A DNA stretch of 63,632 bases, the filler included, from Octopus bimaculoides (taxonomy: Eukaryota): the NCBI RefSeq assembly GCF_001194135.2. It is 7 parts of 7 records of this genome, joined end to end, with 100 filler letters (N's around TTAATTAATTAA, not from the genome) between each part and the next. Parts side by side here need not be neighbours in the genome. Positions count along the whole stretch, not along the records: positions 22,107 to 27,151 come from NW_026380777.1; positions 27,252 to 46,691 come from NC_068987.1; 5 more parts are not named here. One strand, written 5' to 3'. Position numbers and translations under genes: made by a program. This document shows, piece after piece, positions 25,540 through 39,712 of the stretch (positions are counted from its first letter, which is position 1; every line of letters starts with the position of its first letter). A model generated the notes under the pieces. The model made no database searches and was not told the DNA's origin. It worked only from the letters and a program-made list of their open reading frames with translations.

Positions 25540-27030
25540 AACAAGTATGCAAGGAATAAGGTTTCTCTTCACCTGGTCTGTTGAAATGTGAGAACCCTGT
25601 GGCAGGTTTCACATTATTCTGGGTTGGGAAGTCAAAGGGGGAGAAAAGGGAAGGTGGTGTTGGGTTTGCAATTAGAAGTGATTTGCTAAAAGACTTAGAA
25701 CCACCACAAAGCATAAATAAACGCATCATGAAACTCTGGATCCTTTTTTCTTGAGGACATTTTGTAACTGTTTTCTCTATTTATGCTCCTACACTTTCGC
25801 TAATGAGAAAAATATCCAAGCATTTTATGAGGAGCTTACAAAAAGTATTCTGTCAGTGCCTTTGAATGAGAAGTTGTTTGTGGTTGGTGACTTTGATGTA
25901 CGTGTTAGTAGAGACTATGGCGCTTGTAATATACTTGGGCATTACAGAATAAGAAAGGTGAACAACAATGGGTTACATCTGCTATAAATGTGCTCTGAGC
26001 TAGGGTTAATTGTTGGGAATACTTTCATCATAAGATGAAACATAAAGTTACCTGGATTCACCCAGGATCAAAACAAGGTCACATGATTGACTTTGCGTCA
26101 ACTCAGGAAGCTGACTTAGATTTGTGCAGTCTCAGAATAGTGCGAGGTGCTGATTGTGATACTGATCACAAAATGGTTAGGGCCAAGTTCAAGTTCAGTG
26201 ACCACAAGAAAATTCGTATTGCAGGTGTACAAGTACCAAAGAAAATTGATGTAGAGCAGCTGAAATAACCACAAGTCTTGCAGTTATTTCAAAAGAGATG
26301 TACCAATATTCATTATGAAGGTTCATGGCAATCTTTCTGGAAGGAAATATATAAAATGGGTTCAGAAGTGTGAGGGTTTAAGAGGAGACGGCACCAATAC
26401 TTGTTTGATTCTAAGGATACAGTGACAAATGAGCTTTTAGCAACAAAGAAGTCCACTCATGAAAAGCTTCTTGACCGACACGTTAAGAACAAAGTGCAAC
26501 TAGAAAAGTTGTGCAAGTCTCAAAAAGCAGACTTGCAAAAAAAGAACTCAGGAGGCTTAAAGACACTTAGTGGAGAAATTTGTCTGAGAAAGTACAGGCA
26601 GCCTATGATAGGAAGGACATTAAAAGTTTGTATAGTTTATTGCGGCAAGCTTTTGGACTGCAATCTTCATCAGATGTTCCCTTGAAGTCAAAAGATGGAA
26701 ATGAGGTTATTAAAGATCCTCCTTGAATAATGAATAGATGGAGAGAACACTTTGAAATTCTTTTGCACAATCCTTCTGTAGTGAACATGGATATCATAAA
26801 CAACATTCCACAAAGAGAGATAATGCAACATATGAACAATACACTTTCCATTGGAGAAGTAAATCTGGCATTATGTAAACCGAGATCAAGTAAAGCTCCT
26901 GGATTGGATGGTATACCAGTTGAAATTTTGAAAGCAGGTGGGGATCATACTTCATCTGAAATTCATAACCTGATAACTCGAGTTTGGAATGAATCTTCTG
27001 TGCCACAAGAATGGATAAATGACATAAATG
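25540..27030 (+). mobile_element. RTE (BovB-like) LINE: apurinic endonuclease and start of RT, decayed
   Basis: W/NVRTL; GGVGFAIRSDL; FYEEL...KLFVVGDF; TW.HP.SK.GH.ID; GADCDTDH; RWREHF; KAPGLDGIPVEILK. Confidence 0.88.
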
Positions 27031-27106
27031 GTATACAAGGTTAAGGGCCCAAAAGCAGTGCATGTATGTATATATGTATGTATGCACACATATATATGTA
27101 TGCGTG

Positions 27107-27151
<45 letters not shown>

Positions 27152-27251
27152 NNNNNNNNNNNNNNNNNNNNNNNNNNNNNNNNNNNNNNNNNNNNTTAAT
27201 TAATTAANNNNNNNNNNNNNNNNNNNNNNNNNNNNNNNNNNNNNNNNNNNN

Positions 27252-27309
<58 letters not shown>

Positions 27310-27744
27310 GTGTTTTTATATATATCAACGCAGACAGAGCAGCGGACAGTGAATGAAATAACACGTAATTATAGTGTAATATGTGCGCATGTGCTTCTAT
27401 ACGTCTGTCTTTGTCTCCTACTGTGAGTGTATTTGTGTGTTCTTGTATGTATTAATTTGTGTGTGTGTGTGCGTGTGCGTGTGTGTTGGTGTGTCTGTGG
27501 GATATATCGAAAGATAACGGCTACATTCCGCAACATCAACTACTACAAGCTATCAATATGACAATTACAGTCAAAGTTGTGTTTCCCACTCGAGGTTTAT
27601 TTAACTGCCTGTAAAAATTAATGATTATAACCCTGGGAAACACACCTAAACTCACACGAAAAAAATACAAACAAATATAAAACAAAAACACAGTCAAATA
27701 CACAGTCACACATTGATAGACAATATACGTAAGCACGCAATCAC

Positions 27745-27779
<35 letters not shown>

Positions 27780-27968
27780 CATATACACCCAACAGCGAGA
27801 GTTTAATAACGTTAGCTTCGAAATTGCTTAACAGCGTGAATAAAACAATTCGATTTATACATTCCTATTTAGAATTTAAATTATTTTCTTCATATATATC
27901 ATTTAATTTTCATTTACCTATTCGTACATTCATTTCACGCGTCCGTCTCAAATAGTCAGTTTTCTGGC

Positions 27969-28077
<109 letters not shown>

Positions 28078-29239
28078 NNNNNNNNNNNNNNNNNNNNNNN
28101 NNNNNNNNNNNNNNNNNNNNNNNNNNNNNNNNNNNNNNNNNNNNNNNNNNNNNNNNNNNNNNNNNNNNNNNNNNNNNNNNNNNNNNNNNNNNNNNNNNNN
28201 NNNNNNNNNNNNNNNNNNNNNNNNNNNNNNNNNNNNNNNNNNNNNNNNNNNNNNNNNNNNNNNNNNNNNNNNNNNNNNNNNNNNNNNNNNNNNNNNNNNN
28301 NNNNNNNNNNNNNNNNNNNNNNNNNNNNNNNNNNNNNNNNNNNNNNNNNNNNNNNNNNNNNNNNNNNNNNNNNNNNNNNNNNNNNNNNNNNNNNNNNNNN
28401 NNNNNNNNNNNNNNNNNNNNNNNNNNNNNNNNNNNNNNNNNNNNNNNNNNNNNNNNNNNNNNNNNNNNNNNNNNNNNNNNNNNNNNNNNNNNNNNNNNNN
28501 NNNNNNNNNNNNNNNNNNNNNNNNNNNNNNNNNNNNNNNNNNNNNNNNNNNNNNNNNNNNNNNNNNNNNNNNNNNNNNNNNNNNNNNNNNNNNNNNNNNN
28601 NNNNNNNNNNNNNNNNNNNNNNNNNNNNNNNNNNNNNNNNNNNNNNNNNNNNNNNNNNNNNNNNNNNNNNNNNNNNNNNNNNNNNNNNNNNNNNNNNNNN
28701 NNNNNNNNNNNNNNNNNNTATACATACATATATATATACATACATATATATGTAATGCGTTAGTTGACCATAAGTCAGACATTAAAATCACAGAACGGGT
28801 ATTTTTACATATTGTCAAGAAATACATTACTTGTTATGGCATATATCTGGTCACGATTTTACATTGTTTCTTCCCGCAAATTGCCATTCGACAATATTCA
28901 GAGACAAAAGCTTCGACATGCTAGCCGGAAGAACCCAGCCTCGTTATTTATGGATGTATTTAGATTCGAGATTGGATCAATAGTGTCAAAAAAGGTGGAA
29001 CGAAATATATTAAGAAATATTTTCGGGGACACGTAATACTTTCACATGACATGAATAAAGAATAGTCGCAAAGGCTTGTTGCTATTTACGCTCAACTTAA
29101 CAAAGAAGCGAGGCTTACACAGAAATGTCAGTAAAATTCAATATACTCGATTGAATGGATTTCAATATGCCATGGAAGTCAATTTGCAAGAAAGCACCAA
29201 CGTATTAAAAATGGTCGTATTTTAGTTTTTACATGTTTT

Positions 29240-29520
29240 AGTCACTGGATTATAGCCATGCTGGGGCACCGCATCCTTTTTTTCCAAATCTGGTACTTAA
29301 CATCTTTTGTCGAACACCGGTTGTCAAGCCTTGTTGGGGAAGAAACGCCAAGAAAAAACACACATATACAACGAGCTTCCACACTGTTTCTGTCTACCAA
29401 ATTCACTCACAAGGTATTGGTCGGTCGGGTGATGTAGTAGACGTTGACCCAAAGTGGCGCAGAGTAGGACCGAACCTGAAACCATGTAGTCACAAAGCGA
29501 GCTTCTTAGGCACGCGACCA
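29240..29520 (-). mobile_element. SINE family A, degenerate
   Basis: tttctgtctaccaaattcactcacaagg...gaacctgaaaccatgt. Confidence 0.65.
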
Positions 29521-29869
29521 ACTTTACTTGTATATAATACTAATACAATTTAAAAAAAAAACATTACCTGTGGTGACGACCTATTACAGTAAATATATAA
29601 ACTGATATTATACGTAACAGTGTTTTCTGCATAACTCTGGCTTTGGTGCTGCCGTACATATAAAACCAGTGATAAGGATTTCGATTCCTCTGCACATTTG
29701 CTGAATAACATGGAGCTTGTTATTTAACTTTCCTGTACACATAGTAAAACTAAGGAGATCTTTCTGGCAGTAGAAGATGATAGACATATCTTACATGCAT
29801 TCATACGCACGCAGTTTACAATGGCTACCTTCTATACATGCACATCCGTATAGGTAAGTGTCTTTTATA

Positions 29870-30112
29870 GTTTGGTTGTTTGAATCATTGAGTTGCAGCC
29901 TTGTTGGGATGCTGCATTGAAGGGTTTTAATGAAAGAGGTCGACCACGGTACTTAATTTTAAGTCAGTCTAATACTTATTCTGTCGGTCAATGACGGACA
30001 GCTAAAGTAACAGTGACATCAACAAATCAACAGGAATGGGGCTGTGATAAACATACATGAAGAAACAAACACATACGTATACGGTACATACATATGCACA
30101 CACACCCTTGCA

Positions 30113-30161
<49 letters not shown>

Positions 30162-30312
30162 CGGGCTTCCATACTGTTTTCCATTTTTCAAGTTCATTCA
30201 CAAAGCATTAATCGGACCAAAGTTACAATAGCTGGTACTTGCCGAATGTGCCGCGTATTGGGATTGAACACGAAATGACCGGGTTGTAAAGTGAGCTTCG
30301 TAGGTACGCAGC
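29870..30312 (-). mobile_element. SINE family A, degenerate
   Basis: Tail, central (CA)n, acgacgggcttcc and head remnants. Confidence 0.6.
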
Positions 30313-31072
30313 CCTGCTTATGTATGTAACTAAAAAGAACAACGTCTGCTGCAGTAGTTCTAATGGCACAACATTTGTGAGTTAGTGCTGTACTATCTCA
30401 CAAGTTATTCGTTTAGTTTGAAACTCGTCAACAGCTTAATGATAAAATCAATAAAGACTAATGGTATGTTTGAGAATTCACCTCTAAATATACTCTGTTA
30501 TCTGAATGACTATTAACAATAAACTGGAATCCTCGCGAGATTTAGTAAAGTTAATCTGATTGCGGTAATTAAAAAACGAAAGCGAAGGGTTAATGGTCGA
30601 TAGAATACATAATCTATCTTAATTCATTGTTCACGTAATAGGTTTTGAAGATTGCAAAGTTAAAGTACAATGTTCTGATTCAAGAGCTGTAGATTATTAT
30701 TGCTGCCGGTTTTATTTTTCCTTTGCATTCAATAGAATCGCGATAGTGTATCCTGTTGTAAAGTATTGTCATGTTTTTTGTTCGTTTGTTTAATCACAAT
30801 GTGATAGAGGATGCTACATAAAGAAACGTAACGAGAATTATTGCTGAAATATTTTAGGGTGATTTTGATATACAATGTGTCCCAAGAACTTTAGCCACAC
30901 ACACACACACACACACACACACANNNNNNNNNNNNNNNNNNNNNNNNNNNNNNNNNNNNNNNNNNNNNNNNNNNNNNNNNNNNNNNNNNNNNNNNNNNNN
31001 NNNNNNNNNNNNNNNNNNNNNNNNNNNNNNNNNNNNNNNNNNNNNNNNNNNNNNNNNNNNNNNNNNNNNNNN

Positions 31073-31111
<39 letters not shown>

Positions 31112-31794
31112 ACGCACACAGAGAAATACTGCCAGGACGTTATCAGATAATGAAATAACCAAGTTCAAAAAGGAGATGACCAAGGTTAGGGTAATAAGAG
31201 ACACAACGACTGACTGCGGCAGACGATTTGCTAAAAATACTAATGTTCATGGAGTTATGTTGTTTTCTGTTTTAAGTAAAGGGTAGGACTCATTCTATAT
31301 TGCAGTGGTATGTAACCTTAAAATGAGGGGTTACACATTGCTCGGATGTTATTAATCATAGGCTTGCCTAATGGGAGTTCGCTCAGAGCTAAACAAGAGA
31401 ATGAGGAAAACAAGGAGAAAAAGAGGGCAAAATGACGAAGAAGATGTAAAGCAAGAGGAAGCAATAGAAAAAAGAAAGAAAGACGAAATAGAAGGAACGG
31501 AAGAAGAATGAGGAGAAAAAAAGGAAGAGAAAGAAGTAGAAAGAAGTAGAAGAAAGAGGAGAGAAAGATGATGGAAGATATGAGAAAGAGAAATAGGAGA
31601 AGGAGGCAGAGAGTTAGCATGGTCGGAGGCACGAAGGATTTTATCGAAGGGTTTCGCTATTTTAACTTATAATGTTACGGGTTATGCAACCGAAACCGTG
31701 CATCTATGTTCTTCCACACATTAATCGGTATTCTGTTGATCGTTCTCAGGTCGTCCACACTTCCATTCAAAGAAATTTCAAAATCGCAGGCGCA

Positions 31795-31945
31795 AATGTT
31801 CTGCAAGAAGTTTGCATCGCAACCACACGGTTCCCGGTTCAGTTCCACTGCATGTCATGTTGCGCAAGTGTCTCCTACTATTACCCTCGGGCCAACTAAA
31901 CTACAGCGAGTGGATTTGGCAGAGAGAAACTAAAACAAGTACGTG
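31795..31945 (+). mobile_element. SINE family A head
   Basis: caaccacacggttcccggttcagttccactgc...gtgtctcctactat. Confidence 0.6.
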
Positions 31946-31998
31946 GGACATATACATATATATGTATATGTCCACACACACACACATACACATAGACA

Positions 31999-32160
31999 TA
32001 CAGTGTTGGCCAAAAGTCACCTGACAGTAAATCAAACCCATTTAATTCCAAGATTTATTTATGTTTAACAACTGAATGAATTTAATAAACGCATCTAAAT
32101 ATGGAACATCATGAAAATTATTCAAACTGAAGTCCTTCTTGAGCGATACATTTTTCCATT
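31999..32160 (+). mobile_element. Possible Tc1-type terminal fragment
   Basis: TA-CAGTGTTGGCCAAAAGT start typical of Tc1 TIRs; no partner end found. Confidence 0.3.
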
Positions 32161-32380
32161 AGAGTCAATACAGAATTACAGATAGTATATATATGTATAT
32201 ATATATGTATATATATATGCGTATAAGAAGGGGTGACCACTAAGTGGACATCCGATATGCTAGAAAGAAGTCATCAACGACCCAATCACAAAGAAAAATA
32301 ATGTTCTCCAGAAAAAAATTCAGTAAACACCAGAGCATAGGCGGGCAAGACAAAATGAGAAATATACAAAATAAAGAATT

Positions 32381-32415
32381 AATCGTGTACCGGTTTCCCC
32401 GTCATCAGCACAATC
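32381..32415 (-). ncRNA. Minimal type-I hammerhead ribozyme-like motif
   Basis: GAUUGUG-CUGAUGA-CGGG-GAAA-CCGG-UA/CACGAUU: intact core, 7-bp helix I (2 G-U), palindromic helix III ACCGGU, GUA site, vestigial helix II. Confidence 0.6.
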
Positions 32416-32618
32416 GTTCTAAAATCAATATAATTTGCAGAACTATACACGAATTGTCTTCATAAAATTTGACGTGCGTAGAGTTCTACCGATTACATTT
32501 GGGGTTATTTTCAAATGTCTCAGCTCTGGCGCGCTAAATTCCGGAAACAGTTCTGCAGAGGATAATTCACTGCAGTATATGTTGCCGGCTAGAAAACATA
32601 ATTATTTAAATTTATATT

Positions 32619-32687
<69 letters not shown>

Positions 32688-32924
32688 TTGTATGTATATG
32701 CATATATGTCTATATATATATGTATGCATATATATGCATATAGACATATGCATATACATACATACATACATGCATACATACATACATACATACATACATA
32801 CATACATAGATATTCCTCTCTTGATTACAACATCGTTTTAGACATAATATCTGGGTCGACATTACACAATGTTCTCTTCTTAAGACGGGAAGGTAATTTT
32901 TAAATGACAATTGGTTTTACTCAT

Positions 32925-33065
32925 AGTACATAGTGGCAAGCGTGGTAAGTTTCTTTTCCAACCACATGGTTCCAGGTTCAGTTCCACTACGTGGAAACTT
33001 GAGTACGTGTCTTCTAATATAGCCTCGAGTTATAATAAAAGTATGTCTATTAGTGGAGAGTACAT
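32925..33065 (+). mobile_element. SINE family A head, degenerate
   Basis: ccaaccacatggttccaggttcagttccact...gtcttctaatatagcctcg. Confidence 0.6.
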
Positions 33066-33257
33066 CGATGAAACACGTTATACATGGATGTAAAAGAATC
33101 ACTATAGCAACGAGTACCTTACATAAATTGTTTTATTTTAGTTGCAAGAATTTTAATTGTTCTAATATAATATGTAGCTTGCCTCGCTGAGGTTTTAATA
33201 ATGGTGGGCACATGTCTATAGAACATATTACAATGAAAGCTATCAAATACATGCATA

Positions 33258-33740
33258 TTTAGCGATGACACCACCGTTACTGGACGAATTTCGACTGCTA
33301 GCAATATATTTCTGTATGTATTAACCCTATCCGTCAATAAAAAATATGTCGAGACGAATAACGCAGTTAGGCAGCTTCCAACGATGGATCTGCTTTGTAT
33401 ACGACATAAAGATTTCTGTTTTGAATTGATTCTGCTTCTGTTGCTCATTAAGAATTTTTATTCAGCCTGTCTGCTAATTGCAAGATGGGACATTTTTCAG
33501 TCATTGTTTTCCTATACCAATAGCGGCTGATTTTATCTTAGCATTCAGTTGTCAGTTGATACTAGCTATGGACAAAGCTGAAAGAGGCAGAAATACGCGT
33601 TTAGCATTGGCACCGCCGTTGTTCAACGATTTTCGCCTGCTATTGAGATATTTCTGTATTTTTAACACTCTACGTCTATAAGAGATGCGATCTTGCGATG
33701 AATACCGCAGTTTATTAGGCTTTCAACGATGTATCTGCTT
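33258..33740 (+). repeat. Diverged direct duplication (~140 bp; 33258-33396 and 33600-33740)
   Basis: Collinear alignment from tttag through caacgatg.atctgctt. Confidence 0.7.
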
Positions 33741-34139
33741 CACGTTTGATACACAGACTCTGATATATATATATGTCTTAGATATATATAATGTCTTAGA
33801 TATATATACTGGACATCATCATGTCCAGCAAAATCAAAAGATGGAAATAAGTACAAGGAAATGAAATAAAGAAATTCCAGTTAGTATGAGGAAGCGAAAC
33901 TGCGCCATAGAATTCGATTCGCCAGAAGTTAGTATTGATAAACTTCACCGCCACACAAAGGTTTTATTAAGAAGAACTGGCACATACACTTTATTGTACA
34001 TCATATACAAGTCAGCTCTAGGGATAAAAGACTTTAACCGTCGCCTGGGAACGACACAAGTGTTTCCAGTCACTGGATCAACAAAAAAGAAAAAAAAGTT
34101 TTCGAAAACCGTCAGATAGAATAACTATTTTCTATCGTG

Positions 34140-34372
34140 GCAATTAAGGCAGTGTGCTGGTAGAATGGTTAACATGCGGTGGAGGGCGTGGAATAATCTT
34201 CGCTGCAATTCGTTTGTCGGTATGTGCTGAGTTGAAATTATACCGATGTCGACTTTGCTCTTCATCTTTGACGATCGATAAAATAAGAACCTCTTGAGTA
34301 CTGGGGTTGGTGTAATCGACTTAGCAGCTACCCCGAAATTTTTGCCCTTGTGCCTGAAAGTTGTAACCATTA
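34140..34372 (+). mobile_element. SINE family C, degenerate
   Basis: gagttgaaatt..gtcgactttg..cgataaaataag..tgtaatcgactt..cttgtgcct tail. Confidence 0.65.
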
Positions 34373-35256
34373 TTTTACTAAGCTGTAAAAAAGAAAGAAT
34401 TACAAATACTCATTGCCGTTTCTCGAGGGGAGCGTAAGCAATTTAAATTTTGTGAGCAGGGATTAAACTTCCGCACGAATAGGGAATTGCTCGGTCTATC
34501 TATCAGTCTACCTAACAAACTAACTACATAACTCTTTAGGTATGTGCAAACGTCATGCGCTCTAACACACACACACATACGTATATCTATGCATATCTAT
34601 CAAACCATACGAGCGCATGTAGCTATGTGTATATATGTATTTATATATTACTGTGCGTGTGTCCATGTATGACTCTGTGCATCGCAATATGAGTATGCAT
34701 TCACATTGGTATATATGTACGTATGTATTTCTCTCTGTCTTTCTCTCGCTCTCTCTCTGGATATATATACATGTATATATNNNNNNNNNNNNNNNNNNNN
34801 NNNNNNNNNNNNNNNNNNNNNNNNNNNNNNNNNNNNNNNNNNNNNNNNNNNNNNNNNNNNNNNNNNNNNNNNNNNNNNNNNNNNNNNNNNNNNNNNNNNN
34901 NNNNNNNNNNNNNNNNNNNNNNNNNNNNNNNNNNNNNNNNNNNNNNNNNNNNNNNNNNNNNNNNNNNNNNNNNNNNNNNNNNNNNNNNNNNNNNNNNNNN
35001 NNNNNNNNNNNNNNNNNNNNNNNNNNNNNNNNNNNNNNNNNNNNNNNNNNNNNNNNNNNNNNNNNNNNNNNNNNNNNNNNNNNNNNNNNNNNNNNNNNNN
35101 NNNNNNNNNNNNNNNNNNNNNNNNNNNNNNNNNNNNNNNNNNNNNNNNNNNNNNNNNNNNNNNNNNNNNNNNNNNNNNNNNNNNNNNNNNNNNNNNNNNN
35201 NNNNNNNNNNNNNNNNNNNNNNNNNNNNNNNNNNNNNNNNNNNNNNNNNNNNNNNN

Positions 35257-35290
<34 letters not shown>

Positions 35291-35880
35291 TGTATGTATG
35301 TATGTATATCTATAGATAGATATATGTACCCACACATATTTACTTAACACTTCTCCTTGCATATATAAAATCAATAACGGGGAATAGCGAAACGTGAATA
35401 TTCGGAATACGTTCTAGTTGATGAAAGTTTCCATGTTGTTAAACACTTGTTCCCAGTAAAGTGCTGCAAGATAAACTCATTACTGTAGCAAAGAGGTAAA
35501 AGCCTCATGGGATTTCGCTCAAGAAAAAGGATAAAACTAAAAGCAAGAGGAAAGACGACGAAACAAAAATAAATCCGCCCCGTATCCAGTTCAGCTACAG
35601 TAATAGAGTTAGCTTCATTGTCGGTGCCTATTTGCTAAATAGTAACTAACCTTAACGGATTTAGTGTTGCTGGTGAATTGTTGGTGAACGATGAATGACG
35701 AATAGTCAATGTTTGTACATTTAGGAGGCATTCGATCGATAAGCGAGAGAGGAAGAAGTAAGACTATATTTATTATATACATGAGGTAACAGTCGCAGTA
35801 GAGTATGCCCTAAAGACTCTATACATATACATACTCAGATAGCCTCAAATACATACATGCATATATACACATATATATAC

Positions 35881-35911
<31 letters not shown>

Positions 35912-36174
35912 TGTATGTATGTATTTATGTATGTATGTATGTACGTATGTATGTCAGTATGTATATATATGCTATATACTGTTGTATGCGCATGTTTTTT
36001 GACGAAAACTGTTTACAGGCACTCACATACACACACATAATCACATAACTGTATATACACATATAAAGAGGAACGAGAAAGTTTACCTCGATGAATTTGT
36101 AATTTGAGTAATATAAACAGGTAAGCACACATTCATATACATTTACATATAAATACATAGATACATACATACAT

Positions 36175-36256
<82 letters not shown>

Positions 36257-39200
36257 GCCCGTGTCTGTGGGTATGTTCCTGTAACTTTGCGTTTGCGTGT
36301 ATGGGTTTTTACATAAATAAAAAGATACATGGATAGAGAAATTTATCGATTCGAGTATCGAAAAATAAATATATTAGTATGTAGAGCCAACTTTAGAAAT
36401 TGGAATATACGAAACTATAGCTTCGAGGCTACTTATGCCTGCGCGCATGCACGCGCACACGCATACACACGGGCACATACCTTTACGCACACATACTCCT
36501 GTATACACTCACAAATTACATATTCGCTTCTCCAAGCTTGCAAATATATGGCATGCACGTACATACTGGAGAACTTATGACAAAGCAGTGTGTACAATAA
36601 CTATGTATGTATATGCCTGTAGAAATATTCATTGAAAGTAGATATTTATATCTAGCTGGATATCTATATCGGGTCCCTCTCAACCTTGTTTGTAACTGCA
36701 CATATATCTGCGAAGACTGGGGCGGCGTTTAAGCAGTTGCCCTTACATGAAACATTCTGCAAAACTGTAAACCATTTTTAGAAAATTACTATTTTGAAAT
36801 CTCGCAACGAGAGATATGCAGCAACAATACTTTGGAGTAAAGATTGTTTGCCAACATAACATGGCAGTCCTGGTTTAGGATGAATGTTGCTGTAATTTAG
36901 CCCCAGGAGACATTGTCTACAGCTAGATATATGCCACGATCTGTGACCTTATATTTTCCTCATGAACAATAGCTCCAATGGATTCTCTGCTATTTTGTGT
37001 CTTCTATCTTTTACTTGTTCCCCTCATTAGATTGCGGCCATGCTGGGGCACTGCCTTGATGGATTTTAGTTGAATAGAATCCTCCTCATTATTTATATTT
37101 CTTTAAAACCTAGATCATGATGTGGGGCGGCATGATGTCGCCCTCATTTTGAGGAACATAGCTCTTTTCCAACATTCAGAAGGCTTCCAGTCCTCCATTC
37201 AGCTAACACTTTTTCCATTACAACTTTAATCTTTATGCTCTCCAGCGCCGCTGACCAATCACCAATACATCAAGCGGTTCCTCAAAAAGGAGACATAAAG
37301 AGGATATATATACATATAAACGTATGGTTTGAACGTGTAGACTACATAAATAATGAAACCTTTGTTGAAAAAAAATCACTCAACTCTTTTAAATAGAAAA
37401 TCGAACTTCAAGTGTCACAGTTAAAAATTCCGTGTGTGGAATCTTCATCGATTGAATAGATACTTGCTACATTATATTGAGTTCCATACTACACGATGTT
37501 AAACTTCACTATACTATCGAATGCTATATTTCACTATAATTGTCTCTACCACGTAAGATTTTTTGAGTAAGTTGGGGATCCACAATAAGGCCCCCCCCCC
37601 CCGAAAAAAAAATTTTGCTTTAGTTATATGTATTGGTTTGAATTGCAAGAAACAGCAAGGCTCCTTTCTTTAATGTTCAACCTACACAAGTTAATGGGTG
37701 AAAAACAAAATAGGGAATTTGAAAGAAGTTTCCATTAAACTTGTTTTTAAACATTGAATGGCTCTGGTGGGGTCCATGAGAATAAAATAGTAATCAAAGG
37801 GGTCTACAGATAAAAATAAAATGGCTGAGAAGCCCTGGTCTATACTATAGAATATTTTGTAATTTAGAAACGAAGTTTAATAAATTTCTCTTTTGAGGAA
37901 TGTTGTGAGACTATCCAATGGCTTGTATTTACTCAAGGTGCATTATGTAAAGTGTCCAGCTTTTGTTTAGGATAACAGCATTGTACTAACATCTCAAATT
38001 TGTTTGTTCAAGGGTTCTGTATACCTTATACGGCATGCTATCCGTAACAATTTATCATAATATTGTATACCATGTATATAATTATGAGAATTTCAGCTTC
38101 TAGCTTAGTCACATTCTTGAAAAAGTTTATATTTGTTACACTTAAGGTAAACAAGCTAAAGCTTAATTAATTTTCTTAATTAGCCTTCTACTTCAACGCC
38201 CCGCAAATGTGAAAGGATACTGGAATCAACGTAACTAGGCGGACGCTGGATCAAAGTTATAATTTGGGGCTAAGTTTTTACTGATATGTCTTTAGAAAGT
38301 ACTTCGGCAAATATTTAAGCAACCCTTATATCTTCAGAAGTATAAATAGAGATGTTAAAAAGGTAATTTCGCATTGTAAGATAACTATGCCGCAGTGAAT
38401 AAAAATTAGCTTTGTTATTAAATTGCGTCGTTGAAATTTTTAGTAAGGAAAGAAATTCAAAACTGTATTTTGATAAAAATATGTTAAAATTGGAATTTAA
38501 AAGAATTTTCTAGACAGTGTTGATTTAAATAATTGCTTTTATTTATTAAAAGTTAATACAGCATAAATAATAATAGAGGCATAGGGTGATAATAACATCC
38601 ACAAAGGGTGTTATATATTTTTGTTTAAAACATTAGTTTTAACTTGTACTTCACTTATATCAGCGAGTTGTTAGTTCGTTAATTTACTTTTACAGATATT
38701 CAGGAGAAATATTGAGTCAAGTCGATAATTGTTCTTGCTGTAGTAAATGTAAAATGTGAGAAAATAGTATAGATTATTCATGCAGCTATTATTGAAGTTT
38801 TAATATTTATGAACAGTTAGTAGCTTCTGTTAAAAGAAATCGGCGTCTTTCAAAGTAAACCTTCATTGATTTTTTCACGTATGATTATAAAGATAAAAGT
38901 GATAGGAAAAGCTATAAATTTCGTTCTATAACAGAAAGCAGGCTTTCATTATATAGTTAGCCGGCGAATGTTGAGGCCCAGATAAACTTAGGTAATTGTC
39001 ATAATAAATCATCACATCTGAACTATTACTATTTAAGACCGACAAACTTGAATCCAGCGTATTTATATGAGGTTTCATACTAAATCATCCCACTTTCTTA
39101 TTTTGGAAACGAGTTAGCGTATAGAGACATACCTCTGCAAATAACCGCTTATTACTAAATTCCAATGATAATATTAGAACACAGAGAAAGGCCTTCCATC

Positions 39201-39644
39201 GTCTTATTTTGATTCTTCGGTTCGACAGAGAAGCTATATTGGTTTCTTCATCGAATTTAGCTACAAACCCATAAATATGACTAATACTTTGTGGGGTTTA
39301 TTATCGCTTATTCATCCAGGAGAGAGTCTAGAAATGTTTAGTATGTTTATGCAAACTTCACCAAAATATATAAGTTAATTTGACATGCACCTAGAATTCT
39401 TGAATCGGGAAAATATTGAATTGCTGTTAAGGATAAAGAAATAGTTTACACAGTTTGGAAGAACGAATGGAAAGCAAGCAGAGAAGACGAACATTATTGT
39501 CTTTATAAAACCCGCGATTCGATATTTTTCATTGTGTACCCAGATATCTCGAAAGAAGGTGACTAATCATTTTGAAACACAGGAAATATATGTGACCTGA
39601 AGAAAAAAGGTTAGGAATGTAATATGAAAAACCAGTCTGGTCAT

Positions 39645-39712
39645 TAATACATGTTTACAGTAATACATGTTTACAGTAATACATGTTTACAGTAATACAT
39701 GTTTACAGTAAT
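39645..39712. repeat. 16-bp tandem repeat (TAATACATGTTTACAG)x4
   Basis: Direct reading; the last unit runs into the MITE terminus. Confidence 0.9.

Noticed and set aside
29568-29732. Minus-strand exon-like unit with ATG and 48 open codons, phase-compatible with GCLC exon 25205
   Set aside because: No similarity to the expected GCLC exon (NIQSTNWQ...WRVEFRP), and it lies across an artificial scaffold spacer.
33263-33300. Minus-strand LAVEIRPV resembling the GCLC WRVEFRPME motif
   Set aside because: The flanking residues do not match and there is no donor site; coincidental.
37570-37850. Possible hAT-type MITE remnant
   Set aside because: Only one end resembles a hAT terminus; no TIR pair or 8-bp TSD found.
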